This document shows positions 9,606-18,313 of a stretch of 64,000 bases of DNA, piece by piece. Each line of letters begins with the position of its first letter. Position 1 is the first letter of the stretch. The notes under the pieces were generated by a model, which did no database searches, was not told the origin of the DNA, and saw only the letters and a list, made by a program, of their open reading frames with translations. Position numbers and translations under genes: made by a program. This DNA comes from Eubacterium sp. (GTDB taxonomy: Bacteria; Bacillota; Clostridia; Oscillospirales; Acutalibacteraceae): the NCBI GenBank assembly GCA_022511205.1, contig JAFLRY010000004.1, forward strand, positions 24,202 to 88,201, read 5' to 3'.

Positions 9606-10703
9606 ATGAATTTAAATTTAAGACCTAAAGAGGAATGTACTTTTGATGAAATTTCTCTTGGTGAAATCATGCTTCGCCTTGATCCCGGCGAGGGCAGGAT
9701 CAAAACCGCCCGCAGCTTTAAAGCATGGGAAGGCGGCGGAGAATACAACGTTGCTCGCGGTCTGCGCCGTTGCTTCGGTATGAAAACGTCAGTAGTTACC
9801 GCTTTTGCGGAAAACGAGATCGGCTATCTCCTTGAGGATCTTATTCTTCAGGGCGGTGTTGACACCTCGCTTATCAAATGGGCGAAGTACGACGGCATTG
9901 GCAGAACCACGAGAAACGGTATCAACTTTACCGAAAGAGGCTTTGGTATCCGCGGAGCGGTAGGCACTTCTGACAGAGGGAACACCGCCATCAGCCAGTT
10001 AAAGCCCGGCGACATTGATTGGGATTACATTTTCGGCACGCTCGGCGTTCGTTGGCTCCACACGGGCGGCATCTTTGCGGCGCTTTCCGAAAACTCAGCG
10101 CAGGTTGCCATTGAAGCAGTGAAAGCGGCTAAGAAGTACGGTACGATCGTTTCCTACGATCTTAATTACCGCCCCTCGCTTTGGAAGGACATCGGCGGTC
10201 AGGCAAAGGCGCAGGAGGTCAACAAGGAGCTTGCTAAGTACATTGACGTTATGATCGGTAACGAGGAAGATTTCACCGCTTGCCTTGGCTTTGAGATCGA
10301 GGGCAACGATGCCGATCTTAAAGAGCTGAATATGGACGGATACGTTAAAATGCTTGGCGAGGTTTGCAAGGCATATCCGAATTTCAAGGTTATCGCCACC
10401 ACACTTCGCACCGTTAAGACCGCTACTGTTAACGACTGGAAGGCGATTTGCTACGCTGACGGCAAGGTTTATAATTCAATTGAGTTCCCCGGTCTCGAGA
10501 TCCTTGACCGCGTAGGCGGTGGCGACAGCTTTGCTTCCGGCCTTATCTACGGACTTATGACCTACGAGGACGCGCAGAAAGCGGTAAACTACGGCGTTGT
10601 TCACGGCGCGCTTGCTATGACCACCCCCGGTGATACTTCTATGGCTTCACTCAAGGAAGTTGAAGCAAAGGTAAACGGTGCGTCTGCAAGGGTGCAGAGA
10701 TAA
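9606..10703 (+). CDS. kdgK: PfkB-family sugar kinase, probable 2-dehydro-3-deoxygluconokinase
   Basis: Ribokinase-like C-terminal motif DRVGGGDSFASGL. Sits between uxaC and eda. Confidence 0.7.
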   Translation: MNLNLRPKEECTFDEISLGEIMLRLDPGEGRIKTARSFKAWEGGGEYNVARGLRRCFGMKTSVVTAFAENEIGYLLEDLILQGGVDTSLIKWAKYDGIGRTTRNGINFTERGFGIRGAVGTSDRGNTAISQLKPGDIDWDYIFGTLGVRWLHTGGIFAALSENSAQVAIEAVKAAKKYGTIVSYDLNYRPSLWKDIGGQAKAQEVNKELAKYIDVMIGNEEDFTACLGFEIEGNDADLKELNMDGYVKMLGEVCKAYPNFKVIATTLRTVKTATVNDWKAICYADGKVYNSIEFPGLEILDRVGGGDSFASGLIYGLMTYEDAQKAVNYGVVHGALAMTTPGDTSMASLKEVEAKVNGASARVQR

Positions 10704-10885
10704 AATCGCGTCTTTTTCCGTTATGCTTCGTTACTGCCAAAATTTCTCTCGGTCACGTACCGCTCGTACGCTCCCGTCGCAGAAATTTTGTCAAAGCCTT
10801 GCCTAACGAAAAAATCCGCCGATTTTATAAATCATGCTGCAAAAAATTAACTTAAAATATATAAATGATTATAGGAGATAAAATT

Positions 10886-11545
10886 ATGGCCAATAAAATT
10901 GAAACACTTGCGAAAATTCAGGAGGTCGGCATCGTAGCCGTTGTTCGCGCAACGTCTATCGAGCAGGCTGAAAAAATCACAGACGCTTGTATTGCCGGCG
11001 GCGTTGCCGCTATCGAGCTCACTTTCACCGTTCCCCACGCAGATAAGCTTATCGAGGCGATGAGAGCAAAGTATAACAGCGGCGAGATCATTATCGGCGC
11101 AGGCACTGTTATGGATGCCGCCACCGCGAGAATCGCCATTCTTGCCGGTGCGGAGTACGTTGTTGCTCCCTATTTTGATCCCGAAACAGTTAAATGCTGC
11201 AACCGCTACGGCATTCCCTCAATGCCGGGTATCTACACCCCCACCGAGGCAGTTGCCGCTATGGAGTGCGGCGCGGACGTGCTCAAGGTATTCCCCGGTG
11301 ATATCGCAGGCCCCGCATTCATTAAGGATATTCACGGCCCGATCCCGAACGCGGTTATGATGCCCTCGGGCGGCGTTGACGTTGATAACGTTAAAGATTG
11401 GATCAAGGCCGGCGCGATCGCTTGCGGCGCGGGTTCGTCACTTATCGCCGGCGCAAAGACCGGTGATTACGATAAGATCACCGAAACCGGTAAGCTTTTC
11501 GTTCAGCGCATCAAGGAAGCAAGAGCCGAAATGGCGAAAAAGTAA
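10886..11545 (+). CDS. eda: KDPG / 4-hydroxy-2-oxoglutarate aldolase
   Basis: GIVAVVRA...IAGGVAAIELTF and VLKVFPG motifs of Eda aldolases. The ATG at 10886 is preceded by AGGAGA. Confidence 0.85.
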   Translation: MANKIETLAKIQEVGIVAVVRATSIEQAEKITDACIAGGVAAIELTFTVPHADKLIEAMRAKYNSGEIIIGAGTVMDAATARIAILAGAEYVVAPYFDPETVKCCNRYGIPSMPGIYTPTEAVAAMECGADVLKVFPGDIAGPAFIKDIHGPIPNAVMMPSGGVDVDNVKDWIKAGAIACGAGSSLIAGAKTGDYDKITETGKLFVQRIKEARAEMAKK

Positions 11546-11552
11546 TACGCTT

Positions 11553-11592
11553 TCGCAAAAAAAACGAGCCGCTCCTCGGAGCGGCTCTGTTA
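11553..11592. terminator. Bidirectional hairpin terminator (stronger on the minus strand)
   Basis: Stem gagccgct / agcggctc. On the minus strand it is followed by GTTTTTTTT; on the plus strand only by a weak T-tract. Confidence 0.6.
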
Positions 11593-11639
11593 ATTAAAAT
11601 TTAAGTTTTTGCAGCAAAAACTTCTCGACTTTCCGCAAA

Positions 11640-11726
11640 TTAGTCTAAGATATTTCCGCTGCGGTGTACGTATGCCTTGTCTAAACCGGCAAGGATCCTA
11701 GCACACTTAATGAGTTGTTTAAGCAT
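11640..11726 (-). CDS. Stand-alone 28-codon micro-ORF (MLKQLIKCARILAGLDKAYVHRSGNILD), function unknown
   Basis: ATG at 11726 is preceded by AAGGAGGG with 8-nt spacing. A consensus promoter lies upstream and a hairpin plus T-run downstream. Not in the ORF track because it is under 60 aa. Confidence 0.35.
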   Translation of the reverse strand: MLKQLIKCARILAGLDKAYVHRSGNILD

Positions 11727-11760
11727 ATCTATATCCCTCCTTAACTCATTTTCTGCCCAC

Positions 11761-11788
11761 ATTATAGCACGCAATTTTTAAATGTCAA
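11761..11788 (-). promoter_or_regulatory. Near-consensus sigma-A promoter driving the micro-ORF
   Basis: Minus strand reads TTGACA (11788-11783), 16-nt spacer ending in TGC, TATAAT (11766-11761). Confidence 0.55.
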
Positions 11789-12040
11789 CACTATTGTTTT
11801 AAAATAGCTGATATTTATGAAATGTAAACAAAATAATATGATGATAACGATAAATTATGGTTATCTTTTTATTTAAAATATACAAAAATCAGCCTGTTAA
11901 AAGTCTAAATACGGGGCTATGATATCATATGAGTACGGCGATAAAAAATTTGTAAAATCTCGCGATTTTCAAAAATAAATTTCACCAAACTTTACCTTTT
12001 TTACGAGATGTGTTATCATTTGAGAAGGAGAGTTTTAGCT

Positions 12041-12841
12041 ATGATTGAACTTAAAAATTTGCCGATTGAAATTTACAGGTTAATTAAAGACCTTTCGTAT
12101 CAAACAGACAGTATCGGGGAGTCCGATTCAACTGTTCTGCTTTTTGAGAATATGGTGTTGAAAATTGAAAAATCAAGTCCGCAAGCCGATAACGAGCGTG
12201 GAGTTATGAATTGGCTTCGGGGTAAGCTGCCCGTTCCAAAGGTTATCGCTTTTGCTCAGGAGAACGGATATAATTATCTGTTAATGTCAAAACTTGAGGG
12301 CGAAATGTCCTGCTCAGAGCATAATTTGAAATCGCTTGAAAACACGGTTATCGCCCTTGCGGAGGGATTAAAAATGCTTTGGAGCGTTGATATCAGCGAT
12401 TGCCCTTATGTCAATGATCTTGACATTAAGCTGAAAAGCGCAAAATACAATATCGAAAATGGCCTTGTAGATACCGATGATTTTAATGAGGACACCTTAG
12501 GCGAAGGCGGCTTTGAAGACGTTGATGAGCTTTACGATTTTTTGCTGAACAACAGACCCGAGGAGGACTTAGTGCTTTCCCACGGAGATTACTGTTTGCC
12601 AAATATTTTTATTAAAGACGGCAAGGTTTCGGGCTTTCTTGATCTCGGTAAAACAGGAATTGCCGACAGGTGGCAGGATATCGCCCTGTGCGTGCGTTCG
12701 CTAAAGTATAATATCTGCGATTGGTTTGGATTGAGCGAAAACGATTATGATAAATATAAGGCACTGTTTTATTCAAGGCTCGGCATAGAAGAAGACGCAC
12801 AAAAGCTGAGATACTATATTCTGCTTGATGAATTGTTTTGA
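12041..12841 (+). CDS. Aminoglycoside 3'-phosphotransferase-like kinase (APH(3') family)
   Basis: HGDYCLPNIF catalytic loop and FLDLGKTGIADRWQDIALCVRS, as in APH(3') enzymes. The ATG at 12041 follows GGAGAG. Confidence 0.8.
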   Translation: MIELKNLPIEIYRLIKDLSYQTDSIGESDSTVLLFENMVLKIEKSSPQADNERGVMNWLRGKLPVPKVIAFAQENGYNYLLMSKLEGEMSCSEHNLKSLENTVIALAEGLKMLWSVDISDCPYVNDLDIKLKSAKYNIENGLVDTDDFNEDTLGEGGFEDVDELYDFLLNNRPEEDLVLSHGDYCLPNIFIKDGKVSGFLDLGKTGIADRWQDIALCVRSLKYNICDWFGLSENDYDKYKALFYSRLGIEEDAQKLRYYILLDELF

Positions 12842-12851
12842 AGGAGTAAAA

Positions 12852-13553
12852 ATGGTAATTAAATGTATTTGGGAGCATAACTGGAGCGATACGCTTTTGT
12901 ATGCGGAAAATTGTATAGGCGCTTTTGCGCGTGGCGAAAACAAGGAAATCGCGCTGAGCAAAATGCCCGATGAAATCAAAGCGTATTTGAAATGGCGCGG
13001 TGAGTCTGTGCCGGAGATTCTTGTGCCTGAAATCGTTGAGGAAAAGCAGTCTGAGCTGAACATTGCGGACGCTGATTCAGACGTTATTTTCAATTCCGAA
13101 AAGCAACCGCTGACAAAGGAAGAATATCTTGAATTGAAAGCTCTGGCATTGAAATCAGCGGAGGACTTTTTAGCACTGTATAATTCCATTCCCGACAAAG
13201 ACAAAACCTGTCTGCCAAAGCGAAAAACCTTTTACGGCGACGTACCCATAACGGCAAACGAAATGTACGAGCACACAAAAAACGTGAATTCCTATTATTT
13301 CGGCGAGATCGGCGTTGGTGCCGATAATCGCGGCACGATCCTTGAATGTAGGCAAAGGGGCTTTGAACTGCTTGAAAAGCAAGCCGATTATTTGGATAAC
13401 AAGGTCTTTGACGGAAGCTACGGCGAGCAATGGTCCTTGCGCAAGGTTTTGCGCAGGTTCATCTGGCACGACAGGATCCACGCGAAAGCAATGTACAAAA
13501 TGGCGGTAAACACTTTTGGCCAAAATAGCGTGCCGAATATTTTTGAGTTTTAG
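12852..13553 (+). CDS. Hypothetical protein, possibly DinB-fold
   Basis: AGGAG lies before the ATG at 12852. The C-terminal part (EMYEHTKNV...RRFIWHDRIHAKAMYKM) resembles DinB/YfiT-type His-rich helical bundles. This is a weak call. Confidence 0.35.
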   Translation: MVIKCIWEHNWSDTLLYAENCIGAFARGENKEIALSKMPDEIKAYLKWRGESVPEILVPEIVEEKQSELNIADADSDVIFNSEKQPLTKEEYLELKALALKSAEDFLALYNSIPDKDKTCLPKRKTFYGDVPITANEMYEHTKNVNSYYFGEIGVGADNRGTILECRQRGFELLEKQADYLDNKVFDGSYGEQWSLRKVLRRFIWHDRIHAKAMYKMAVNTFGQNSVPNIFEF

Positions 13554-13564
13554 GAGAATGAAAA

Positions 13565-13972
13565 GTGATAAATATTAGATTGGCAAAGAAAGCAGATCTT
13601 CCGTTTTTGGAGAAAAACGATCGGCATATAAGGCCCAGCGAGATTAAGGCATTGGTCGGGCAGAACAGAATTCTGCTGGTTGAAATGGACGGCGAGATCA
13701 TCGGCTGGCTTCGGTGGAGCCTGTTTTGGGACAATACGCCCTTTATGAATATGCTCTATTTTCTCGAGGGCTACAGGGGCAAAGGCTACGGCAGACAGAT
13801 CGTTGAGCATTGGGAAACCCAAATGCGGAATTGTGGCTACGATATGGTAATGACTTCATCATTATCGGATGAACAGGCGCAGCATTTTTACAGAAAACTG
13901 GGCTACGTTGATTCAGGCTCGTTGCTTCTGCCCGGCGAGGCACTGGAAATCATATTTACTAAAAAGATATAA
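13565..13972 (+). CDS. GNAT family N-acetyltransferase
   Basis: Acetyl-CoA binding motif YRGKGYGRQIV. 135 aa. GTG start 12 nt after the preceding stop. Confidence 0.75.
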   Translation: MINIRLAKKADLPFLEKNDRHIRPSEIKALVGQNRILLVEMDGEIIGWLRWSLFWDNTPFMNMLYFLEGYRGKGYGRQIVEHWETQMRNCGYDMVMTSSLSDEQAQHFYRKLGYVDSGSLLLPGEALEIIFTKKI

Positions 13973-14006
13973 AAAAGACGGTAGGGCTTAACCTTACCGT
14001 CTTTTG
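13971..14006. terminator. Bidirectional intrinsic terminator
   Basis: aaaaaagacggtaggg...ccttaccgtctttt between convergent genes. Confidence 0.7.
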
Positions 14007-14017
14007 TTATATGTGTT

Positions 14018-14599
14018 CTATTTTGTATGCTCATCAAGGGTGAGTTCATAAGCGGGCAGAAATTCCTTTCGGAAATATTCAACTTCCGGCATATTGATTT
14101 CTTCAACGATGCGTTTTTGGCTTTCAAGGGCGATCTCAAATTCTCTGTTGCCCATTCGGATCTCCTCAATGCATTTTATCAGCGCGCCGATCTTGTCCGC
14201 CGCCTTAACGATTTTCCAAAGCTCCTCGTCCTCCGTCTGCTTTTCAAACAGGGGAACATAATCTTCTTTTAAATCCTCGGGGAGCATTGCAAGAAGCCTT
14301 TCACCCGCAACTCTTTCGATATCCTTATAAACGCTCTTGATATCCTCGTTGTAATATTTAACAGGCGTTGGCATATCGCCGGTGATGACCTCGGTTGTAT
14401 CATGATACAGCGCCAGCACCGCGCATCTTTCGGCATCGTAATTTTTACCGAATTTTTTATTGCCTATTATGCAAAGGGCGTGGGCGATGACCGCAACGCT
14501 GTGGCTGTGTTCCGCAATATTTTCTTTTGCGGTATTGCGCATAAGCGCCCAGCGGTCGATCAGCTTCATTCTGTTGACCATCGCAAAAAAATTGCTCAT
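14018..14599 (-). CDS. HD-domain phosphohydrolase (YfbR-like 5'-deoxynucleotidase)
   Basis: ENIAEHSHSVAVIA...LYHDTTEVITGD HD motifs. 193 aa. Immediately downstream of aspS. Confidence 0.75.
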   Translation of the reverse strand: MSNFFAMVNRMKLIDRWALMRNTAKENIAEHSHSVAVIAHALCIIGNKKFGKNYDAERCAVLALYHDTTEVITGDMPTPVKYYNEDIKSVYKDIERVAGERLLAMLPEDLKEDYVPLFEKQTEDEELWKIVKAADKIGALIKCIEEIRMGNREFEIALESQKRIVEEINMPEVEYFRKEFLPAYELTLDEHTK

Positions 14600-14601
14600 T
14601 G

Positions 14602-16380
14602 TTATTCCTCTTCTGACAATTTGATTCCCAGCTCGCCGAGCTGAAGATCGTCTATATTAGACGGTGCGCCGCTCATGAGCTCGCTGGCGTTCTGCACCTT
14701 CGGGAACGCCGTAACGTCACGCAGGCTGTCAGCGCTGCAAATAAGCATCGCAAGCCTGTCAAGACCTAAGCCAAGACCGCCGTGGGGCGGAGCGGCGTAT
14801 TTATACGCTTCAACGAGGAAGCCGAACTTGGCATCGATCTCCTCCTGCTCCATACCGAGAAGCTCAAACATCTTGTTCTGAAGCGCGCAGTCGGTAATTC
14901 TCATGGAGCCGGAGCAAAGCTCAGTTCCGTTGAGAACAAGGTCAAAGGCTTTCGCGCGGACTGCCGCCTTGTCGGTATCAAGATAGGGGATACATTCGTC
15001 AAGGGGCATAGTGAAGGGGTGATGCATCGCAAGCCATTCGCCGCTCTCCTCGTCGAACTCAAAGAAGGGCATTTCGGTTATCCAAAGGTAATTCCACTTG
15101 TTTTCGGGGATCATATTCAGCGCCTTCGCAACGGTAAGGCGAAGCGCACCCATAACAGAGAGAGCAAGGCTCGTTTTGCCGCTGACGATAAATACGCAGT
15201 CGCCGCGCTTTGCGCCGAGCTTTTCAAGCAGAGCCTCAAGCTCGCCCTCTTTAAGAAATTTTCCAAAGGAGCAGGCGGGCGCTTCATCCGCCCAGCGAAT
15301 ATAGGCAAGGCCTTTGGCGCCGATACCTTTGGCGTATTCGGTGAGCTTGTCTATCTTCTTTCTTGTGTATTCAACCGCGGCGTTTTCGGCAACGATGGCC
15401 TTAACGCTTCCGCCCTCCTCAACAGCCGCCTTAAATACGGCAAAATCGGTGGAAGCCGCCCAGTCGGAAATATCCTGAATCAGCATATCAAAGCGGGTAT
15501 CCGGCTTATCGGAGCCGTATTTGCTCATAGCCTCGGCAAAGGTCATTCTCGGCAGGGGAGACGCGATATCAACGTCCAGCGTTTCCTTCATCAGCTTCAC
15601 GATGAAGCCCTCGGCCATATTCATAATATCGTCCGTATCAACGAAGCTCATCTCAAGGTCGATCTGTGTAAATTCGGGCTGACGGTCTGCGCGAAGGTCC
15701 TCATCCCGGAAGCATCTCGCAAGCTGAATATAGCGGTCAAAGCCCGAAACCATAAGCAGCTGCTTGTAGATCTGAGGGCTTTGGGGCAGAGCGTAAAACT
15801 TACCGTTGTGGATTCTGCTGGGAACTACATAGTCGCGAGCGCCCTCGGGAGTAGATTTTATCATCATCGGTGTTTCGATCTCAATGAAATCGTTGGCGTA
15901 GAAATACTCACGGGCGATCTGCGCGATCTTATGGCGCATAATAATATTCTTTGTGAGCTTCTCGTTTCTAAGAGCGAGATAGCGGTATTTGAGGGTGGTC
16001 TCATCGCCGACAGCGTCTGTCTTCGCGATCTCGAAGGGAGGCGTCTGCGCCTTTGAAACGATGCGAAGCTCAGTAACCTCAATCTCGATCTCACCGGTGG
16101 GAATTTCGTGATTCTTGCTTTCGCGCTCTTTTACGATGCCTTTGAGAGCAAGCACGTATTCGCTTCTTACGGACTGCGCCTTTGCGAAAGTCTCTCTGTC
16201 CGTTCTGTCATTAAACGAGATCTGCACGATACCCGTCTTATCTCTTAAATCAATGAAAATCAAATTTCCAAGGTCGCGCTGGCGCTGAGCCCAGCCGAAA
16301 AGGGTGACCTCTCTGCCCTCGTCCGCTAAGCGTAAATTGCCGCAGTAATCTGTTCTTTTAAGTCCTTTAATACTCTCCAT
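14602..16380 (-). CDS. aspS: Aspartate--tRNA ligase
   Basis: 592 aa with class II motifs (FRDEDLRADRQPEFTQID, GLGLGLDRL) and an OB-fold N-terminus. Confidence 0.95.
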   Translation of the reverse strand: MESIKGLKRTDYCGNLRLADEGREVTLFGWAQRQRDLGNLIFIDLRDKTGIVQISFNDRTDRETFAKAQSVRSEYVLALKGIVKERESKNHEIPTGEIEIEVTELRIVSKAQTPPFEIAKTDAVGDETTLKYRYLALRNEKLTKNIIMRHKIAQIAREYFYANDFIEIETPMMIKSTPEGARDYVVPSRIHNGKFYALPQSPQIYKQLLMVSGFDRYIQLARCFRDEDLRADRQPEFTQIDLEMSFVDTDDIMNMAEGFIVKLMKETLDVDIASPLPRMTFAEAMSKYGSDKPDTRFDMLIQDISDWAASTDFAVFKAAVEEGGSVKAIVAENAAVEYTRKKIDKLTEYAKGIGAKGLAYIRWADEAPACSFGKFLKEGELEALLEKLGAKRGDCVFIVSGKTSLALSVMGALRLTVAKALNMIPENKWNYLWITEMPFFEFDEESGEWLAMHHPFTMPLDECIPYLDTDKAAVRAKAFDLVLNGTELCSGSMRITDCALQNKMFELLGMEQEEIDAKFGFLVEAYKYAAPPHGGLGLGLDRLAMLICSADSLRDVTAFPKVQNASELMSGAPSNIDDLQLGELGIKLSEEE

Positions 16381-17723
16381 TATTCATTATCTCCTACTTT
16401 GAAAAGCGAGCCAAAATCAAAGGCTTCGCCGTTTATTTCAAGATCAGCAAGCTGCTCAGAAAGCGTTATATTGTAGTAGCCGCTTACAAACGTTGAAAGG
16501 GCTATCTCCGTTTCCTCGCCGGTTTGCATATTTTTCAGCTTGGCAATGCCCTCGCTTACTTCGTTATCGCCTAAAACCACGGTGAATTTGGCGCCCAGCT
16601 TATCGGCGTATTTCATCTGCGCGCGAAGCCCTCTGCCGTTGATATCGTAAAGGCAGGAAAAGCCCTCCTCACGCATATCTTTCGCTATCTCAACGGCTTT
16701 CAGCGTTGCCTTTTCGCCCATTGAAACGATGAACAGATCGGGTTTGCTGCTCTCGGGAAAATCGCAGCCCTGTGTTTCCATAAGAAGCATAAGCCTTTCA
16801 AGACCCATTCCGAAACCGAGAGACGGAGTGTGCTGACCGCCCAGCTCCTCGATAAGCCCGTCGTATCTTCCGCCGCCGCAAACGGTTCCCTGAGCGCCGA
16901 TGGAATTTGAAACGAATTCAAATACCGTTTTGGTGTAGTAATCAAGTCCGCGAACGATCTTTGGATTAACGATGAAATCGATGTTTTCAGCCTTTAAATA
17001 TTTCTGCACCTGCTCAAAATGCTCTTTGCACGCATCGCAAAGATAATCAAGCACTACGGGCGCGTCCTCAGCGATCTTGGAGCAAACGGGTGATTTGCAA
17101 TCAAGAATACGCATTGGGTTTCTTTCAAGCCTGTCTCGGCAGGAATCGCAAAGCTCATCCTGCTTCGCGCGGAAATATTCCTTAAGCGCTTCGTGGTATT
17201 TTGCGCGGCATTCGGGGCAGCCGATGGAGTTTATCTCAAGGCTGATATCCTTAACGCCGAGATTATCGAAAATTGATTTCGCAAGGCTGATTATCTCCGC
17301 GTCCGCAAGGGGAGACTGAGAGCCGAAGCACTCCACGCCAAACTGGTGGAACTCGCGAAGTCTGCCCGCCTGAGGCTTTTCGTAGCGGTAGCAGGAGGTG
17401 ATGTAGCACACCTTTTGAGGCAGCGCTTCGTTGCTCAGTCCGTTTTCAAGAAAGGCGCGCGCCGCGCCTGCCGTACCCTCCGGGCGAAGCGTGATATTTC
17501 TGCCGCCCTTATCATCGAAGGAATACATTTCCTTTTGAACAACGTCCGTAGTATCGCCGACACCGCGCTGAAAAAGCTCCGTATGCTCGAAAACGGGGGT
17601 GCGTATCTCCTTGTAGCCGTATTTTTCAGCCACGTCGAGCGCCGTTGCCTCTATATACTGATTTTTGTGAACTTCCTTTGGAAGCACGTCCTTCGTGCCT
17701 TTTATAGCTTTAGTAATTAACAC
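16380..17723 (-). CDS. hisS: Histidine--tRNA ligase
   Basis: KGTKDVLP, RYEKPQAGRLREFHQ and GGGRYDGL motifs. I prefer the GTG at 17723, preceded by AGGAGA, over the track's longer ORF. The stop overlaps the aspS start. Confidence 0.9.
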   Translation of the reverse strand: MLITKAIKGTKDVLPKEVHKNQYIEATALDVAEKYGYKEIRTPVFEHTELFQRGVGDTTDVVQKEMYSFDDKGGRNITLRPEGTAGAARAFLENGLSNEALPQKVCYITSCYRYEKPQAGRLREFHQFGVECFGSQSPLADAEIISLAKSIFDNLGVKDISLEINSIGCPECRAKYHEALKEYFRAKQDELCDSCRDRLERNPMRILDCKSPVCSKIAEDAPVVLDYLCDACKEHFEQVQKYLKAENIDFIVNPKIVRGLDYYTKTVFEFVSNSIGAQGTVCGGGRYDGLIEELGGQHTPSLGFGMGLERLMLLMETQGCDFPESSKPDLFIVSMGEKATLKAVEIAKDMREEGFSCLYDINGRGLRAQMKYADKLGAKFTVVLGDNEVSEGIAKLKNMQTGEETEIALSTFVSGYYNITLSEQLADLEINGEAFDFGSLFKVGDNE

Positions 17724-17738
17724 TTTATTTCTCCTATC

Positions 17739-17764
17739 AAAAAAGGGTGAGCCAAGCCCACCCC
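17739..17764 (-). terminator. Terminator-like hairpin between mgsA and hisS
   Basis: Minus strand reads GGGTGGGCTTGGCTCACCC followed by TTTTTT, ending about 15 nt before the hisS SD. Confidence 0.45.
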
Positions 17765-17816
17765 GAATATTAGGCAAAGCAAATAAAAATGCGGATTTGG
17801 TTTGCCGGATTGCACA

Positions 17817-18227
17817 TTATGAACTGTAACGTGGGTTTACTATTTCTCTCCATTCAAAATCGCCGCGCTCAAGTCCTCTGATGAGGGCTTCCGAGGTCGC
17901 GATATTCGTTGCGTAGGGGATGTTGTGAACGTCGCAGAGCCTGAGAAGATCGTTGTCGTTAGGCTCGTGGGGCTTGGGATTGAGGGGATCTCTGAAAAAG
18001 ATCATCAGATCGATCTCGTTGCAGGCGATACGGCTCGCAATCTGCTGGCCGCCGCCCTGACTTCCCGCAAGGAAGCAGTTGATATTGAGCCCCGTTGCTT
18101 CCTTAACGAGCTTTCCCGTGGTGCCCGTTGCGCATAGCTCGTGGCGGCTCATGATTCCGCAGTATGCAATGCAGAATTGAACGAGTAACTCTTTTTTTGC
18201 GTCATGTGCTATGAGTGCTATATTCAT
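17817..18227 (-). CDS. mgsA: Methylglyoxal synthase
   Basis: [10 protein letters not shown]...ATGTTG...GGDQQI-like (GGGQQI) signature. 136 aa. Confidence 0.9.
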   Translation of the reverse strand: MNIALIAHDAKKELLVQFCIAYCGIMSRHELCATGTTGKLVKEATGLNINCFLAGSQGGGQQIASRIACNEIDLMIFFRDPLNPKPHEPNDNDLLRLCDVHNIPYATNIATSEALIRGLERGDFEWREIVNPRYSS

Positions 18228-18313
18228 AAATTCCTCCGATTAAGTTTGGTGATAAGATGATAACATAATTGTAAACCTTATTCAATATAAAATCTTAAAA
18301 TATTACAAAATTA

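Noticed and set aside
14782-16056. 424-aa ORF on the plus strand, plus similar long antisense ORFs at 29170-30153, 35016-35906, 38367-38918, 45248-45898, 49899-50594, 54930-55643 and 6588-7025.
   Set aside because: Each lies entirely antisense to a CDS with unmistakable family motifs (aspS, the alpha-galactosidase, the GH31, murA, nadC, rplL and others). Their translations are low-complexity, have no recognisable domains and lack SD sequences. They are shadow ORFs produced by codon bias.
17724-17816. Expected a T-box leader upstream of hisS-aspS.
   Set aside because: Only about 93 nt separate the mgsA stop from the hisS start, too short for a T-box. I see no specifier-loop or T-box consensus, only a GC hairpin plus T-run that is best read as the mgsA terminator or a weak attenuator.
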